Shown here: positions 10,404 to 19,837 of the stretch, one piece after another
Position numbering within the stretch: the first letter of the stretch is position 1
Layout: every line of letters starts with the position of its first letter
DNA from: an uncultured cyanobacterium
GTDB taxonomy: Bacteria; Cyanobacteriota; Cyanobacteriia; Cyanobacteriales; Cyanobacteriaceae
DNA length: 64,000 nucleotides
Assembly: GCA_963749915.1 (NCBI GenBank)
Contig: CAVVOP010000032.1
Span: 32,001 to 96,000, forward strand
Direction: 5' to 3'
Notes under the pieces: generated by a model
The model's input: only the letters and a program-made list of their open reading frames with translations
The model's database searches: none
Told to the model about the DNA's origin: nothing
Position numbers and translations under genes: made by a program

Positions 10404-11225
10404 ATGAATACCGGAATATCTATCACTCCAGAAATAGCGATCGCCAATTTAAACCAGAAAGAAGACTTAGGATTAAGATACTATGCCGCTTGGTGGTTAG
10501 GTAAATTTCGGGTAACAAAGGCGGAAGCAGTAGAGAGTTTAATAAATGCCCTTGAAGACGAAGAAGATAGGGCACCTGATGGGGGTTTTCCCTTACGTAG
10601 AAATGCGGCTAAAGCCTTGGGAAAACTCAAAGATTTGAAAGCAGTTGAGCCTTTAATTAAGTGTTGTGGATGCGATGATTATTATGTCAGAGAATCTGCC
10701 GCCCAAGCCTTAGAAATGTTAGGAGATTCAAGGGCGATTCCACCTCTTATCAGTCTTTTAGATAATGCTATTGAGAATGATGAATTAACCAGTTATGGGA
10801 TCAATCCAGTGGTAGGTAAACCTCACCTGAACGAACCTTATGAGGCTATTATCGAGGCCTTGGGCACACTTCAGGCTAAAAATGCCCTAAATTTGGTTAA
10901 AGCTTTTATTGAGCATCCTACCCCCAAAATAGCTTATGCAGCGGCAAGGGCAATGTATCAATTAACCAATGAGGATGTTTATGGCGATATTTTGGTAACT
11001 GCCTTGGAAGGGAAAGATTTACAGTTAAGGCGATCGGCTTTGATGGACTTAGGTGCGATTGGTTATGTAAAATCGGGGGAGGCGATTAGTCGGGCTTATG
11101 CGGAAAATAGTCTAAAATTAATTGCCATGAAGGGTTTGTTAGAATATCAGGTAAAACAAGATCAACATAGTGAATTATCTCCTGATAGTATCAAATTAAT
11201 GGATTTAATGGACAGGCTTTTATAG
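10404..11225 (+). CDS. cpcE: Phycocyanobilin lyase subunit CpcE (HEAT/E-Z repeats)
   Basis: RYYAAWWLG...DRAPDGGFPLRRNAAKALG...DLQLRRSALMDLGAIG. Confidence 0.9.
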   Translation: MNTGISITPEIAIANLNQKEDLGLRYYAAWWLGKFRVTKAEAVESLINALEDEEDRAPDGGFPLRRNAAKALGKLKDLKAVEPLIKCCGCDDYYVRESAAQALEMLGDSRAIPPLISLLDNAIENDELTSYGINPVVGKPHLNEPYEAIIEALGTLQAKNALNLVKAFIEHPTPKIAYAAARAMYQLTNEDVYGDILVTALEGKDLQLRRSALMDLGAIGYVKSGEAISRAYAENSLKLIAMKGLLEYQVKQDQHSELSPDSIKLMDLMDRLL

Positions 11226-11266
11226 TGGATAATCAATAATTAATAATTAATTATTCCCCCACCATT

Positions 11267-12217
11267 ATGATTGAAGTTGAAAATTTGAGTAAAATTTACG
11301 GTGCGACCCAGGCGATTAAAGATGTGTCTTTGTCAGTGGAAAAGGGTACTATTTTAGGATTTTTGGGACCTAATGGTGCTGGGAAAACTACAACTATGCG
11401 CATTCTTAGCGGTTATATTCCGGCAACAACGGGGAAGGCTAGAATAGCAGGTTTTGAGGTGCATGAGAATCCCATGGCGGTGAGGGAAAGAATCGGTTAT
11501 TTACCAGAAACCCCCCCTCTTTATACAGATATGACTGTTAGTGATTATCTTAGTTTCGTGACAAAAATTAAGGGAATTTCTAGTGGCGAGCGAACGGACA
11601 AGATTCAAAAGGCCTTACAATGCTGTCAACTGGAAGATTGTGCCAATACGATCATCCGGAAATTATCGAAGGGTTATCGTCAAAGAGTCGGCATAGCACA
11701 AGCCATTGTTCATGAGCCTCCTGTTATCATTTTAGATGAGCCTACCGTCGGTTTAGATCCTCGTCAAATCATCGAAGTTAGGAATTTAATTAAAAGTTTA
11801 GCAGGGGAAAGGACTGTTATTCTCTCTACTCATATTCTCCCAGAGGTGAGTATGACTTGCGATTTTGTGACGATTATTAATAAAGGTGCAGTTGTTGCCA
11901 CGGGGAAACCGGAAGAACTTTTACAACAATTACACAGTAACGCCGGTTATGAAATAGAAGTAGAAGGAGACACCAGTAATTTACTAGTTAAATTAGAACA
12001 AATTTTGGGGGTTAAAAGTGTCAATATTCAGGGAATAATCGAGAGAAAAAATCATTTTCTAATTAACGTTACCCTCGATAATAATTATGATGTGGGAAAA
12101 GATATTGCCTCTACTATTGTTTATGAAGGAGTCGGTATTTATGAGATGAAAAGAAGTCACCCTTCCCTTGAAGATGTGTTTTTACAACTTACTACTAATG
12201 AGTCATTAGCAAAGTGA
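11267..12217 (+). CDS. ABC transporter ATP-binding protein (ABC-2/GldA-like)
   Basis: GPNGAGKT, LSKGYRQR, ILDEPT and C-terminal SLEDVFLQLT. Confidence 0.92.
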   Translation: MIEVENLSKIYGATQAIKDVSLSVEKGTILGFLGPNGAGKTTTMRILSGYIPATTGKARIAGFEVHENPMAVRERIGYLPETPPLYTDMTVSDYLSFVTKIKGISSGERTDKIQKALQCCQLEDCANTIIRKLSKGYRQRVGIAQAIVHEPPVIILDEPTVGLDPRQIIEVRNLIKSLAGERTVILSTHILPEVSMTCDFVTIINKGAVVATGKPEELLQQLHSNAGYEIEVEGDTSNLLVKLEQILGVKSVNIQGIIERKNHFLINVTLDNNYDVGKDIASTIVYEGVGIYEMKRSHPSLEDVFLQLTTNESLAK

Positions 12218-12257
12218 TTTTAATACTATTGATTCTCCCGACTTACTCTTGAATAGC

Positions 12258-13706
12258 TCAAGCAGGGGTTTTCCCTAAAAGTTTTACTTGTTCCGAGTTT
12301 AAACGGCCAGCTTCATAAAGAGTTTGGGCAATTTCAGTCATGGTTAAAACCGCATAACTCCTATATCCTCCCTGTGCCAACTTTTCTGTAACTCCTTCCT
12401 CATGGTCGATCAAGACCACAATATCCTCAACCTTCAAGCCCACCGATTCAAGCTTGGCCGCCCCTTCCATCACACTCTTGCCACTGATGAGAATGTCATC
12501 GATAACGACGACAGTTTCTCCTTGGGTAAATTTTCCCTCCACCAGACGTCCTGTTCCATGGGCTTTGACCTCTTTGCGAGGAAAAATCAGGGGATAATTG
12601 AGGCGCAGTCCCAACCCTGTGGCCGTGGGCAATGAGCCATAGGGAATGCCGGCAATACGCTCAAAGCTGAGATTTTGCAGAATATCAGCATAGGCACTGA
12701 GTACCTTCTCGAAGACTTGAGGATGAGAAATAATTGTGCGCAGATCGATGTAATAGGGAAAGGTTGCCCCTGATGCTTGCACAAATTGACCAAAATGAAT
12801 GCAGCCAATGTCGTAGAGTTGCAAAATTAAATCCTTGTGGGGATGGGATTGCAACAGGCAAACATCGGGCAGCCATAAAGAACAAGTCGGGCTCTGTTGG
12901 ACAATCTCAACTCTCACCTGATTGATTTGTGCTCCCAGGGCTTGGATTAGTTTCCTAGGAGACTCCCCAGCCAAGATCTCCGGGGGAACAGGAAGAATCA
13001 AGCCCTCACCATTGGCATTCAACTCCACCTCGAGCATCTTTTTTAATTCCTCACTTTCCCTGGGGATGTCACGAGCTAAAATAAGCCGTTCGGGAGCAAG
13101 AGAACGGATTCGAGCCCAGACCTCAGCATTTCCCCCCACTTCCAGCCCCACTTGTTCAGGAGTTCCCCAAGTTTTGGCTTCCTTCACCAGTTGCAAATAA
13201 AAGGGCGATTCGGCAGTGGGATATTCTTGTAAAACCGCAGCGGAAGGATTAGCCGTGGCACAGAGAATAAAGACTGCCTTGTCAGGATAAAGTAAAAATG
13301 GAGCCACTTCATCCTGTCCCGTGTAAGGATTGAGGGTTACAGCATCTACTTGCCAGTCGGCAAAAATCGTCCTAGCCAAAATGGTACTGGTGTCAAGACC
13401 ACCGTATTTTCCATCGAGAATGATGGGAATGTGAGGGGGGATCGCCTTCAAAGTCTGGCGCAATAACTCTAGTCCGGAAGTCCCTAAAACCTGATAAAAT
13501 TCTACCGTCAGCTTGTAGGCACAGACTAAATCTGCCGTTTCGGCAATCAGAAATTGCAGCCATTCCTGCAATCCCCACCGGTGAGAGCTAATACTATCCC
13601 AAGAACCATAACTTTCGGGCCATGCTTCTGGATCGGGGTCTAGGGCGACACAGAGCAAGCTTTGATTACGCTCCTGGGCTTGATTTAACTTATCGAAAAA
13701 CTTCAC
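12258..13706 (-). CDS. pyrF-pyrE: Bifunctional OMP decarboxylase / orotate phosphoribosyltransferase
   Basis: The true start is probably GTG at 13706 (VKFFDKLN...SLLCVALDP) after a GAGG RBS. An OMPDC domain precedes a PRTase domain (YYIDLR, RKEVKAHG, VVIDDILISG). The longer 605-aa ORF overlaps the upstream gene. Confidence 0.88.
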   Translation of the reverse strand: MKFFDKLNQAQERNQSLLCVALDPDPEAWPESYGSWDSISSHRWGLQEWLQFLIAETADLVCAYKLTVEFYQVLGTSGLELLRQTLKAIPPHIPIILDGKYGGLDTSTILARTIFADWQVDAVTLNPYTGQDEVAPFLLYPDKAVFILCATANPSAAVLQEYPTAESPFYLQLVKEAKTWGTPEQVGLEVGGNAEVWARIRSLAPERLILARDIPRESEELKKMLEVELNANGEGLILPVPPEILAGESPRKLIQALGAQINQVRVEIVQQSPTCSLWLPDVCLLQSHPHKDLILQLYDIGCIHFGQFVQASGATFPYYIDLRTIISHPQVFEKVLSAYADILQNLSFERIAGIPYGSLPTATGLGLRLNYPLIFPRKEVKAHGTGRLVEGKFTQGETVVVIDDILISGKSVMEGAAKLESVGLKVEDIVVLIDHEEGVTEKLAQGGYRSYAVLTMTEIAQTLYEAGRLNSEQVKLLGKTPA

Positions 13707-13728
13707 TGTTCTCTTTTTCCTCTCTAGG

Positions 13729-14343
13729 TCAATCTTCATAAATCCGACATTCATCGGCATCGGGATTGGCCTCACAGTAGGCCTGGAAAGAAGTTTTCCC
13801 CTGTTTTTCCACCCGCTGATGTGAGGTTTCCGCTTGCAGTTCTTCGACCACATCCCAAGCCGCCGCACATTCGGGAGAGGTCGGGCCCTTTTCGGAGCAG
13901 ATCGCTCGTGCTTCTTCTCTAGCAACTTCCAACCGCTCTTCGAGAAACAGCTTTTTCGGCTTTTCGACAAAATCACCCTTGTGCATGATATCACTGACGG
14001 AAACAATACCCAGTAATTTTTCCCGGACGACGGGAGCTCGGCGGATGCGGGTGCTAGCAAACAGGCGAGCCACATATTCCACCCCTAAATCGGGAGCAAC
14101 GGTGATACAAGGTTTGGTCATGATTTGGTACACTCGCATTTTTTTCGGATCCTGTCCATAAGCTGCTACTTTATAAACAATATCTGTCTCACTGACAATG
14201 CCGTAAGGGTCATCGTCGTGGCGACGTTCCACTATCAGGGCACGCAATTTTTTATCTTTCATCAGCTTGACAGCTTCAGCTACCGTCGCCGAACCGCGAA
14301 TGGTAACCACTTCTGAGGTCATGATTTCTTCTGCTTTCATCAT
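13729..14343 (-). CDS. CBS-CP12 fusion protein
   Basis: A CBS pair is followed by CP12 with both Cys pairs and the AAAWDVVEEL core, ending YCEANPDADECRIYED. Confidence 0.93.
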   Translation of the reverse strand: MMKAEEIMTSEVVTIRGSATVAEAVKLMKDKKLRALIVERRHDDDPYGIVSETDIVYKVAAYGQDPKKMRVYQIMTKPCITVAPDLGVEYVARLFASTRIRRAPVVREKLLGIVSVSDIMHKGDFVEKPKKLFLEERLEVAREEARAICSEKGPTSPECAAAWDVVEELQAETSHQRVEKQGKTSFQAYCEANPDADECRIYED

Positions 14344-14460
14344 AGTTAAGTAATAAGTAGTAATAAGGATAAAAATTACGGTTTTGACCCAAAAATCTGA
14401 GTATGAGAAAAATTCAGCCTGAAAATTCCGCTTAAATTCTTCTTTTTTGCTTTTTGCCTC

Positions 14461-14754
14461 TCAGGCCTGCCCGTTCAGAGCGGAGAGCCCATTGTCTGGG
14501 ACTGCCATGGCAGGGAAACAATTTCCTGGGCTTTGAGCAGTGAAAGTCCCCGTCCCTGGTGCATAAGCCTCCACAACATTCCCATTTAGGAAACACATCA
14601 CCATGAGATAGTCACACTGGTCGCATTCGGTTTGGATGACTTGGTTTCCCGAACAGGAACTATGGATAGCTTCGTTGCTGTTAAAATAGCGGCGTTGTGC
14701 TTCACTACCGCAGTTAGGACATCGAACTGTTTGTTGATTAGTCAGCAATCTCAT
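14461..14754 (-). CDS. Small cyanobacterial Zn-finger protein (CPNC...CDQC), function unknown
   Basis: VRCPNCGS...IQTECDQCDYLMVMC...VVEAYAPG, co-oriented within the operon. Confidence 0.75.
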   Translation of the reverse strand: MRLLTNQQTVRCPNCGSEAQRRYFNSNEAIHSSCSGNQVIQTECDQCDYLMVMCFLNGNVVEAYAPGTGTFTAQSPGNCFPAMAVPDNGLSALNGQA

Positions 14755-14775
14755 AGATAGTCTCCGCTTAATTAT

Positions 14776-15093
14776 CTAAAGATGTTTTTCTAATGTTTCA
14801 GAGAAAGTTTCATAGGAAGCTTTTCCTGTCAAATGTTCAACTAACTCACCATCTTTAAAATAGAGTACAGCTGGAATACTTTTAATCTTAAATTTTTTGA
14901 GATTTTCTTTATTTTGATCTAAATCAATTTTAAAAACTTGAGCACGACCAGCATACTCTTCTGTCAGTTTGTCAATATAAGGGCTAATAATACGACAAGG
15001 ACCACACCAAGAGGCGGTATAATCTACGACTACCAGTCCGGATTTGGTTAAAAGCTCGTTTAAGTAACTGTCTTGAATATAAGAGGCTGTCAT
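14776..15093 (-). CDS. trxA: Thioredoxin
   Basis: WCGPC active site and KSIP cis-Pro motif. Confidence 0.92.
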   Translation of the reverse strand: MTASYIQDSYLNELLTKSGLVVVDYTASWCGPCRIISPYIDKLTEEYAGRAQVFKIDLDQNKENLKKFKIKSIPAVLYFKDGELVEHLTGKASYETFSETLEKHL

Positions 15094-15135
15094 TTTTTGT
15101 TCCTGATTATTGAGTTAAGAAAGAGGAAAAACTGA

Positions 15136-15429
15136 TTAATACAATTGATCTTCTTGATGAGTGAGTATAGTACAGTCAGAGGTAGGGTAAGCTACACAGG
15201 TAAGGATAAAACCGGCTTCAATCTGCTCATCTTCTAAGAAGGCTTGGTCTGATTGATCGACTGTGCCCTGAAGGATTTTGCCAGCACAGCTAGAACAAGA
15301 ACCAGAGCGACAAGAGATCGGCAGCTCGATGTCGTTTTCTTCAGCGGCATCAAAGATATACTGGTCATCAGCTACTTCAATGGTGTGGTCACCTTCTGGG
15401 GTTTTCAGGGTAACTTGGTAAGTTGGCAT
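15136..15429 (-). CDS. petF: Plant-type [2Fe-2S] ferredoxin
   Basis: [10 protein letters not shown]...DQSDQAFL...[11 protein letters not shown]. Confidence 0.93.
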   Translation of the reverse strand: MPTYQVTLKTPEGDHTIEVADDQYIFDAAEENDIELPISCRSGSCSSCAGKILQGTVDQSDQAFLEDEQIEAGFILTCVAYPTSDCTILTHQEDQLY

Positions 15430-15471
15430 TGTTTATCCTCTGTAAAATTATTGTCTGGAAATCTATTGTGC

Positions 15472-16035
15472 TTAAGCTGAGACCGGAAACTGGAGGGCTA
15501 AGTGCAAGCTATTGGTGACCTCAGCTACGCTGAGATTGCCGTTAATCGAGAGCAGACATTTCCGTCTCTGGTAAAAATCAATTAAGGGAAGAGTTTGGGC
15601 CTCGTAAACTTCCAGACGACGACGAATGGTCTCTTCATTATCGTCTTGGCGACCTCGCCCTAATAATCGGTGAACCAACACATTCGGCTCAACGTAAAAA
15701 TAGACCACTTGGGGATGAGGTTGATGGAGAATTGACAGAAGTTGGTCTAAATCCTGGGCTTGGGAAACAGTCCGGGGAAATCCATCTAAAATCCAGCCTA
15801 GTTTAGTATCAGACTGACTCAAACGCTCTCGCATCATCGCCATGATTAGGGGATCTCGCACCAGTTCCCCCGCAGCTACATGAGCTTGGACTTCCCCGCC
15901 TAAGGCGGTTTTCTGGGCAATTGCTTCTCTTAAAAGATCACCGGCAGAAATATGGGGAATTGGCCCTTGTTGAGCAAGGATTTTCGCTTGAGTACCTTTA
16001 CCAGCTCCGGGAGGACCAAGAAAAATTAAGGGCAT
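15472..16035 (-). CDS. adk: Adenylate kinase (short form, no LID domain)
   Basis: GPPGAGKGTQA, LDGFPRT and RGRQDDNEE motifs. Confidence 0.93.
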   Translation of the reverse strand: MPLIFLGPPGAGKGTQAKILAQQGPIPHISAGDLLREAIAQKTALGGEVQAHVAAGELVRDPLIMAMMRERLSQSDTKLGWILDGFPRTVSQAQDLDQLLSILHQPHPQVVYFYVEPNVLVHRLLGRGRQDDNEETIRRRLEVYEAQTLPLIDFYQRRKCLLSINGNLSVAEVTNSLHLALQFPVSA

Positions 16036-16092
16036 TGTTAATTTTTATCTCCTGTTAAACTATTAGAGTAAAATCAATTAATTTTTACAGTT

Positions 16093-16440
16093 ATGACTGC
16101 TGAGAAAGTAAGCGACCCCTTTTTTTGGGAGAGGCTAGAACAAGGAAGAAAAGCGAAAGCTGCCAGAGGTGGCTATGCTGGTTATGGTTCCCCATCCTTC
16201 GGTCAAATGTCCGTGGAAGGTGAGTTGGTCAATAACCCACCAGAACAGGAAATCATCGAACTTATTCGCCGCCATCACAAATCCGGGAAGTCATTACAGC
16301 AAATAGCTGATTGGCTCAATTATCATGGTTATAGAACTAAACGGGACTCTGAGTGGCAAAGGATCTCGGTTAAGCGGGTTTTAGATCGACTCTATGGTAA
16401 AACTCCGAGAATATCCGGTGTTAGATCTCATAAACCTTAG
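16093..16440 (+). CDS. Stand-alone recombinase DNA-binding-domain protein (serine-recombinase C-terminal-like, no catalytic domain)
   Basis: GRKAKAARGGYAG..P.FG...IIELIRR...KSLQQIADWLN..GYRTKR...W...SVKRVL resembles the region following the catalytic domain of large serine recombinases. Confidence 0.75.
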   Translation: MTAEKVSDPFFWERLEQGRKAKAARGGYAGYGSPSFGQMSVEGELVNNPPEQEIIELIRRHHKSGKSLQQIADWLNYHGYRTKRDSEWQRISVKRVLDRLYGKTPRISGVRSHKP

Positions 16441-16699
16441 CCAAACTAGAGAAGGCTTTTCTTCTGTGGGAATTTCCCTCAGTACCACTTTCAACTAGAA
16501 TCAAGGTAGGGATAAATTTCTCGGGGTAGAATCCAGAGTATTTTTTACAACCTTGATAAGACTATAAGCAATTCTATAAAAGAGTTTTAAAGTTTTTACT
16601 GTTACATCTGTTTATGATACACCTTTTTTAGCTTAATGTCTAGTTATATTCTGATTTTCTCATTTTTTTTTGTAACATCCCTTTAGGGGGAGAAGCATC

Positions 16700-17974
16700 A
16701 TGACCTCTCAGGACTTAACCATCACCGCACCGGCCCTAGGAGAAGCGATTGATCGCCATCCTCTCATAGTTACTGCCGACACCTTACTCACAGAAACCCT
16801 CGGTTTGATGAGTCAAGTTCAAAACCTGAGGTGTTCCCTGCCCAATTTCCCCAGTTCTGCCCCAGAAAATAGCTTCAGCCCCACCGCTGCTAACTGTGTT
16901 TTAATCATGAAAGGAGAGGAATTACAGGGGATTTTTACCGAGCGAGATTTGGTGCGGCTGATTGCGTCCAACTTGAATTTCGAGGGAGTAACCATGGGAC
17001 AAGTGATGACTCAGCCAGTGGTTACCCTCCAAGAAGCCAATTTTCGGGATATCTTTGCAGTGCTGTTTCTCTTCCGTCGCTATCGGATTCGGCATCTGCC
17101 GATTGTCGGGGCACAGGGGCAGTTGATGGGGGTAGTTTCTCCGGAAAGTCTCCGTGCTTGTCTGCGGCCGAGTAACTTGCTCAAGTTGCGGCGGGTCTCT
17201 GAGGTGATTAATTCCCAGGTGATTCAGGGGGGCTTGAGCGACAAGGTGATCGATTTAGCGAGGTTAATGGCGGAAGCTCAGGTCAGTTGTGTCGTAATTG
17301 TGGAAGAGCTTCCCCAAGAGCCCAGCCTCCCGGTGGGGATTATTACGGAGAGGGATCTCTTGCAGTTTCAAGCACTAGGTCTGGATCTGGGGAAAGTTCG
17401 AGCTGAGGCGGTAATGAGTACCCCCTTATTTCTCCTCAACCCAGAAGATTCCTTATGGATTGCTCATCAAGAGATGCAGCGACGGCGGGTGCGGCGGCTG
17501 GTGGTGTCTTGGAATTGGGGGCAGGGACTAGGTCTCGTGACTCAGACTAGCTTGCTACGGGTCTTTGATCCCATAGAAATGTATGGGGTAATCGAAACTT
17601 TACAACACACTGTGCAGCAACTAGAAGCGGAAAAAATCGATAGTTCTGCTCGCCCAGCTAGTGATTTTAACCAAGTCAAATTAGGACTGAGTAATCAATC
17701 TGGGCAGCTCATGGAGTCGAAAGGCAAAAGTGATAGTCAGGAAGAGGGGGAAAACCCCCGACACAAAGCCCCCGCTCCCTTTCTCCAGAATCGTTCTTCT
17801 CGGCCGCAGCAGCCTGAGATAGAATCTGGGCTCTGTGCTCTGCAAACTAAACTCGCTCTTCTGGCAAATGAACCACAGATGCCCCAGGTAAAAAAAGAGC
17901 AATTACTTTCTTTGGCGATCGCCGATGTGGAGGAATTAAAGAAGCTCTGGCAGAAAAATAGCTCTGTAATCTGA
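16700..17974 (+). CDS. Protein with two CBS pairs and a C-terminal coiled-coil/low-complexity tail
   Basis: GIFTERDL, IRHLPIV, GIITERDL and VRRLVV CBS motifs; no kinase or GGDEF output domain follows. Confidence 0.85.
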   Translation: MTSQDLTITAPALGEAIDRHPLIVTADTLLTETLGLMSQVQNLRCSLPNFPSSAPENSFSPTAANCVLIMKGEELQGIFTERDLVRLIASNLNFEGVTMGQVMTQPVVTLQEANFRDIFAVLFLFRRYRIRHLPIVGAQGQLMGVVSPESLRACLRPSNLLKLRRVSEVINSQVIQGGLSDKVIDLARLMAEAQVSCVVIVEELPQEPSLPVGIITERDLLQFQALGLDLGKVRAEAVMSTPLFLLNPEDSLWIAHQEMQRRRVRRLVVSWNWGQGLGLVTQTSLLRVFDPIEMYGVIETLQHTVQQLEAEKIDSSARPASDFNQVKLGLSNQSGQLMESKGKSDSQEEGENPRHKAPAPFLQNRSSRPQQPEIESGLCALQTKLALLANEPQMPQVKKEQLLSLAIADVEELKKLWQKNSSVI

Positions 17975-18119
17975 CAACTCTATCATGAGAACGATCCATA
18001 CATTAACAGTTTCGGAAAGACTTGCGAAAAGCGGGATCTAACCTTCTACCGAAAAGATAATTTTAAGAATATTCGAAGGTTATTGCTAAGATAAAAATAA
18101 AGCATTTTAGGATAAAAAT

Positions 18120-18455
18120 ATGAGTCAAATTATCGAAGTTAACTTAATTGATGTCTTAAATAAAATCGATAATAAAATTGACAAACTGGAAAACAAAATT
18201 GATAAGCTCGATCATGAAATACAAACTACTCGAAAAGAATTAGGTGATAAGACTAATCAAGTTCAAATTGACATTGAAAAAGTCAAAAGTCAAAATGAAC
18301 AAGTAGTTAAACGACTGGATATGGTGGATAAAGGTTTTGATGAAGTTAATACTCGCTTAAATACTTTAACTTTGGGCTTTTTAGGTATTGTGGGGGTATT
18401 GGTGGCAGGTTTATTGACTATTCTGGGCAAAATCACTTTTTTTCCAAATTTGTAA
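18120..18455 (+). CDS. Small coiled-coil protein with C-terminal TM helix
   Basis: KID-type heptads (KIDNKIDKLENKIDKL) followed by a hydrophobic C-terminus. Confidence 0.7.
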   Translation: MSQIIEVNLIDVLNKIDNKIDKLENKIDKLDHEIQTTRKELGDKTNQVQIDIEKVKSQNEQVVKRLDMVDKGFDEVNTRLNTLTLGFLGIVGVLVAGLLTILGKITFFPNL

Positions 18456-18485
18456 GGTGCGTTAGGTTTTGCAAACACACCCTAG
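18452..18485. repeat. Degenerate REP-like hairpin
   Basis: GTAAGGTGCGTT...AAACACACCCTAG resembles GTAG-initiated REP palindromes; it lies between convergent genes. Confidence 0.35.
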
Positions 18486-18502
18486 GAAACTCTTCTTTTT
18501 AT

Positions 18503-19837
18503 TTAATTGCTCATGGCAAGATTATCCCATTGATTGGCGGCATCGGTGACGGCTTGTTCAATGGTTTTTTCTTTTAACATCGCACTTTGAATATTTTCAT
18601 AGATAAATTTTTTCAGTTGATTAATATTTTTTATCGGTGGAATTAATACTTCTGCAGTGTCTAATTGCATGGCACTTATTTTTCTTGCTTCTGTTACGAT
18701 ATCTTTATTTGTATCTTGCTCTAAGTTACTTATATATTTTGCGATCGCATCGTTATGGGAAGGTAACACATTTGCCTGTTGTGCAAAGTTTAATTGATTA
18801 TCACCATTGGTGACAAATAAGGCATAATTAACCGCTTCCTCCGATTTATCAGTATCTTTGGGAATAACTAAATTCATTACAGAAACACTTCTTTTGTTAG
18901 TTTTACCCGTAATTTGGGGGGCGACACCCGATTGTTGATAAATTGTGGGTGCATTATTGGAAATAGTTCTTAAAAATTCTGCCCCTGTCCCTAAAACAGA
19001 CAATTCCCCTGCTTGGTACAATTCTACGCCATGACGATGACCTTGGGTCATGATTTCTGGTGGTAGTAGGTCTTTTTGGTATAAATCCACCCAGAAACGG
19101 AATACTTCCATGCCTTCGGGAGTATTGAAAGCAGCTTTTCCTCGATCATCGACTAAATTAACTCCCATTTGAACAAAAGACTGTAACACCTCATTAGAGT
19201 CATTTGCTACAAGTGGCACGAAAAAAGCATATTTTCCCGTTTTACTCTTAATTTTCTCGGCAACTATCCCTAATTCTTCATAGGTAGCAGGAGGTTTTTC
19301 GATACCTGCATTTTTGAATAACTCCTGATTATAAACTGTAACGGTAGTTGTTAAATACCAAGGAATGCCAAAAGTAGTAGTCTCACACTGATTAGGTGCT
19401 TCACAAAGTTCAATTTTATTGGCTTCCCAAATTTTTGGTAAATATTGGGCTTTAATTTCTGGGGTAATTGCTGTATCTAAATTTAACCATGCTTTACGAC
19501 TAGCTAATTGTGCCGCAAAATCAGGGTTAAGGTTTACCACATCGGGGGCATTTTTAGCCGATACCGCCGTTAAAATTTTACTTTCCATGGCATTCCAAGG
19601 CACATCAACCCAACGAATTTTCCTCTCAGGATTTTTACTTTCAAAAGTTTGATTTAATTCCGTAAAAAACGGGGTAAATTGGGGTTGTAATTGCATAGTC
19701 CAAAACTCAATTTCTACGTTAGAAGTCGCTTTTGGAGTGGTGCAACTCACCAGTAAAGTTATTAGTAAACCAGAAACAAACCAAAGGGTATAAGCCACTA
19801 AATTATGTTTACCCTTATACCATGACCAAAAAAACAT
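18503..19837 (-). CDS. Sugar ABC transporter substrate-binding lipoprotein
   Basis: Lipobox-like LVSC plus IEFWTMQL...WVDVPW...APDVVNLN...GIPWYL. Confidence 0.9.
   Translation of the reverse strand: MFFWSWYKGKHNLVAYTLWFVSGLLITLLVSCTTPKATSNVEIEFWTMQLQPQFTPFFTELNQTFESKNPERKIRWVDVPWNAMESKILTAVSAKNAPDVVNLNPDFAAQLASRKAWLNLDTAITPEIKAQYLPKIWEANKIELCEAPNQCETTTFGIPWYLTTTVTVYNQELFKNAGIEKPPATYEELGIVAEKIKSKTGKYAFFVPLVANDSNEVLQSFVQMGVNLVDDRGKAAFNTPEGMEVFRFWVDLYQKDLLPPEIMTQGHRHGVELYQAGELSVLGTGAEFLRTISNNAPTIYQQSGVAPQITGKTNKRSVSVMNLVIPKDTDKSEEAVNYALFVTNGDNQLNFAQQANVLPSHNDAIAKYISNLEQDTNKDIVTEARKISAMQLDTAEVLIPPIKNINQLKKFIYENIQSAMLKEKTIEQAVTDAANQWDNLAMSN

Noticed and set aside
13707..14075. 122-codon N-terminal extension of the pyrF-pyrE ORF overlapping CBS-CP12
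   Set aside because: It is an alternative frame of a well-supported gene and has no domain features. A GTG start with RBS at 13706 explains the protein, and I saw no slippery-site evidence for a fusion.
16570..16625. Possible RpaA/RpaB/NtcA boxes upstream of the 4xCBS gene
   Set aside because: The matches are weak in AT-rich DNA and the spacing does not fit GTA-N8-TAC.
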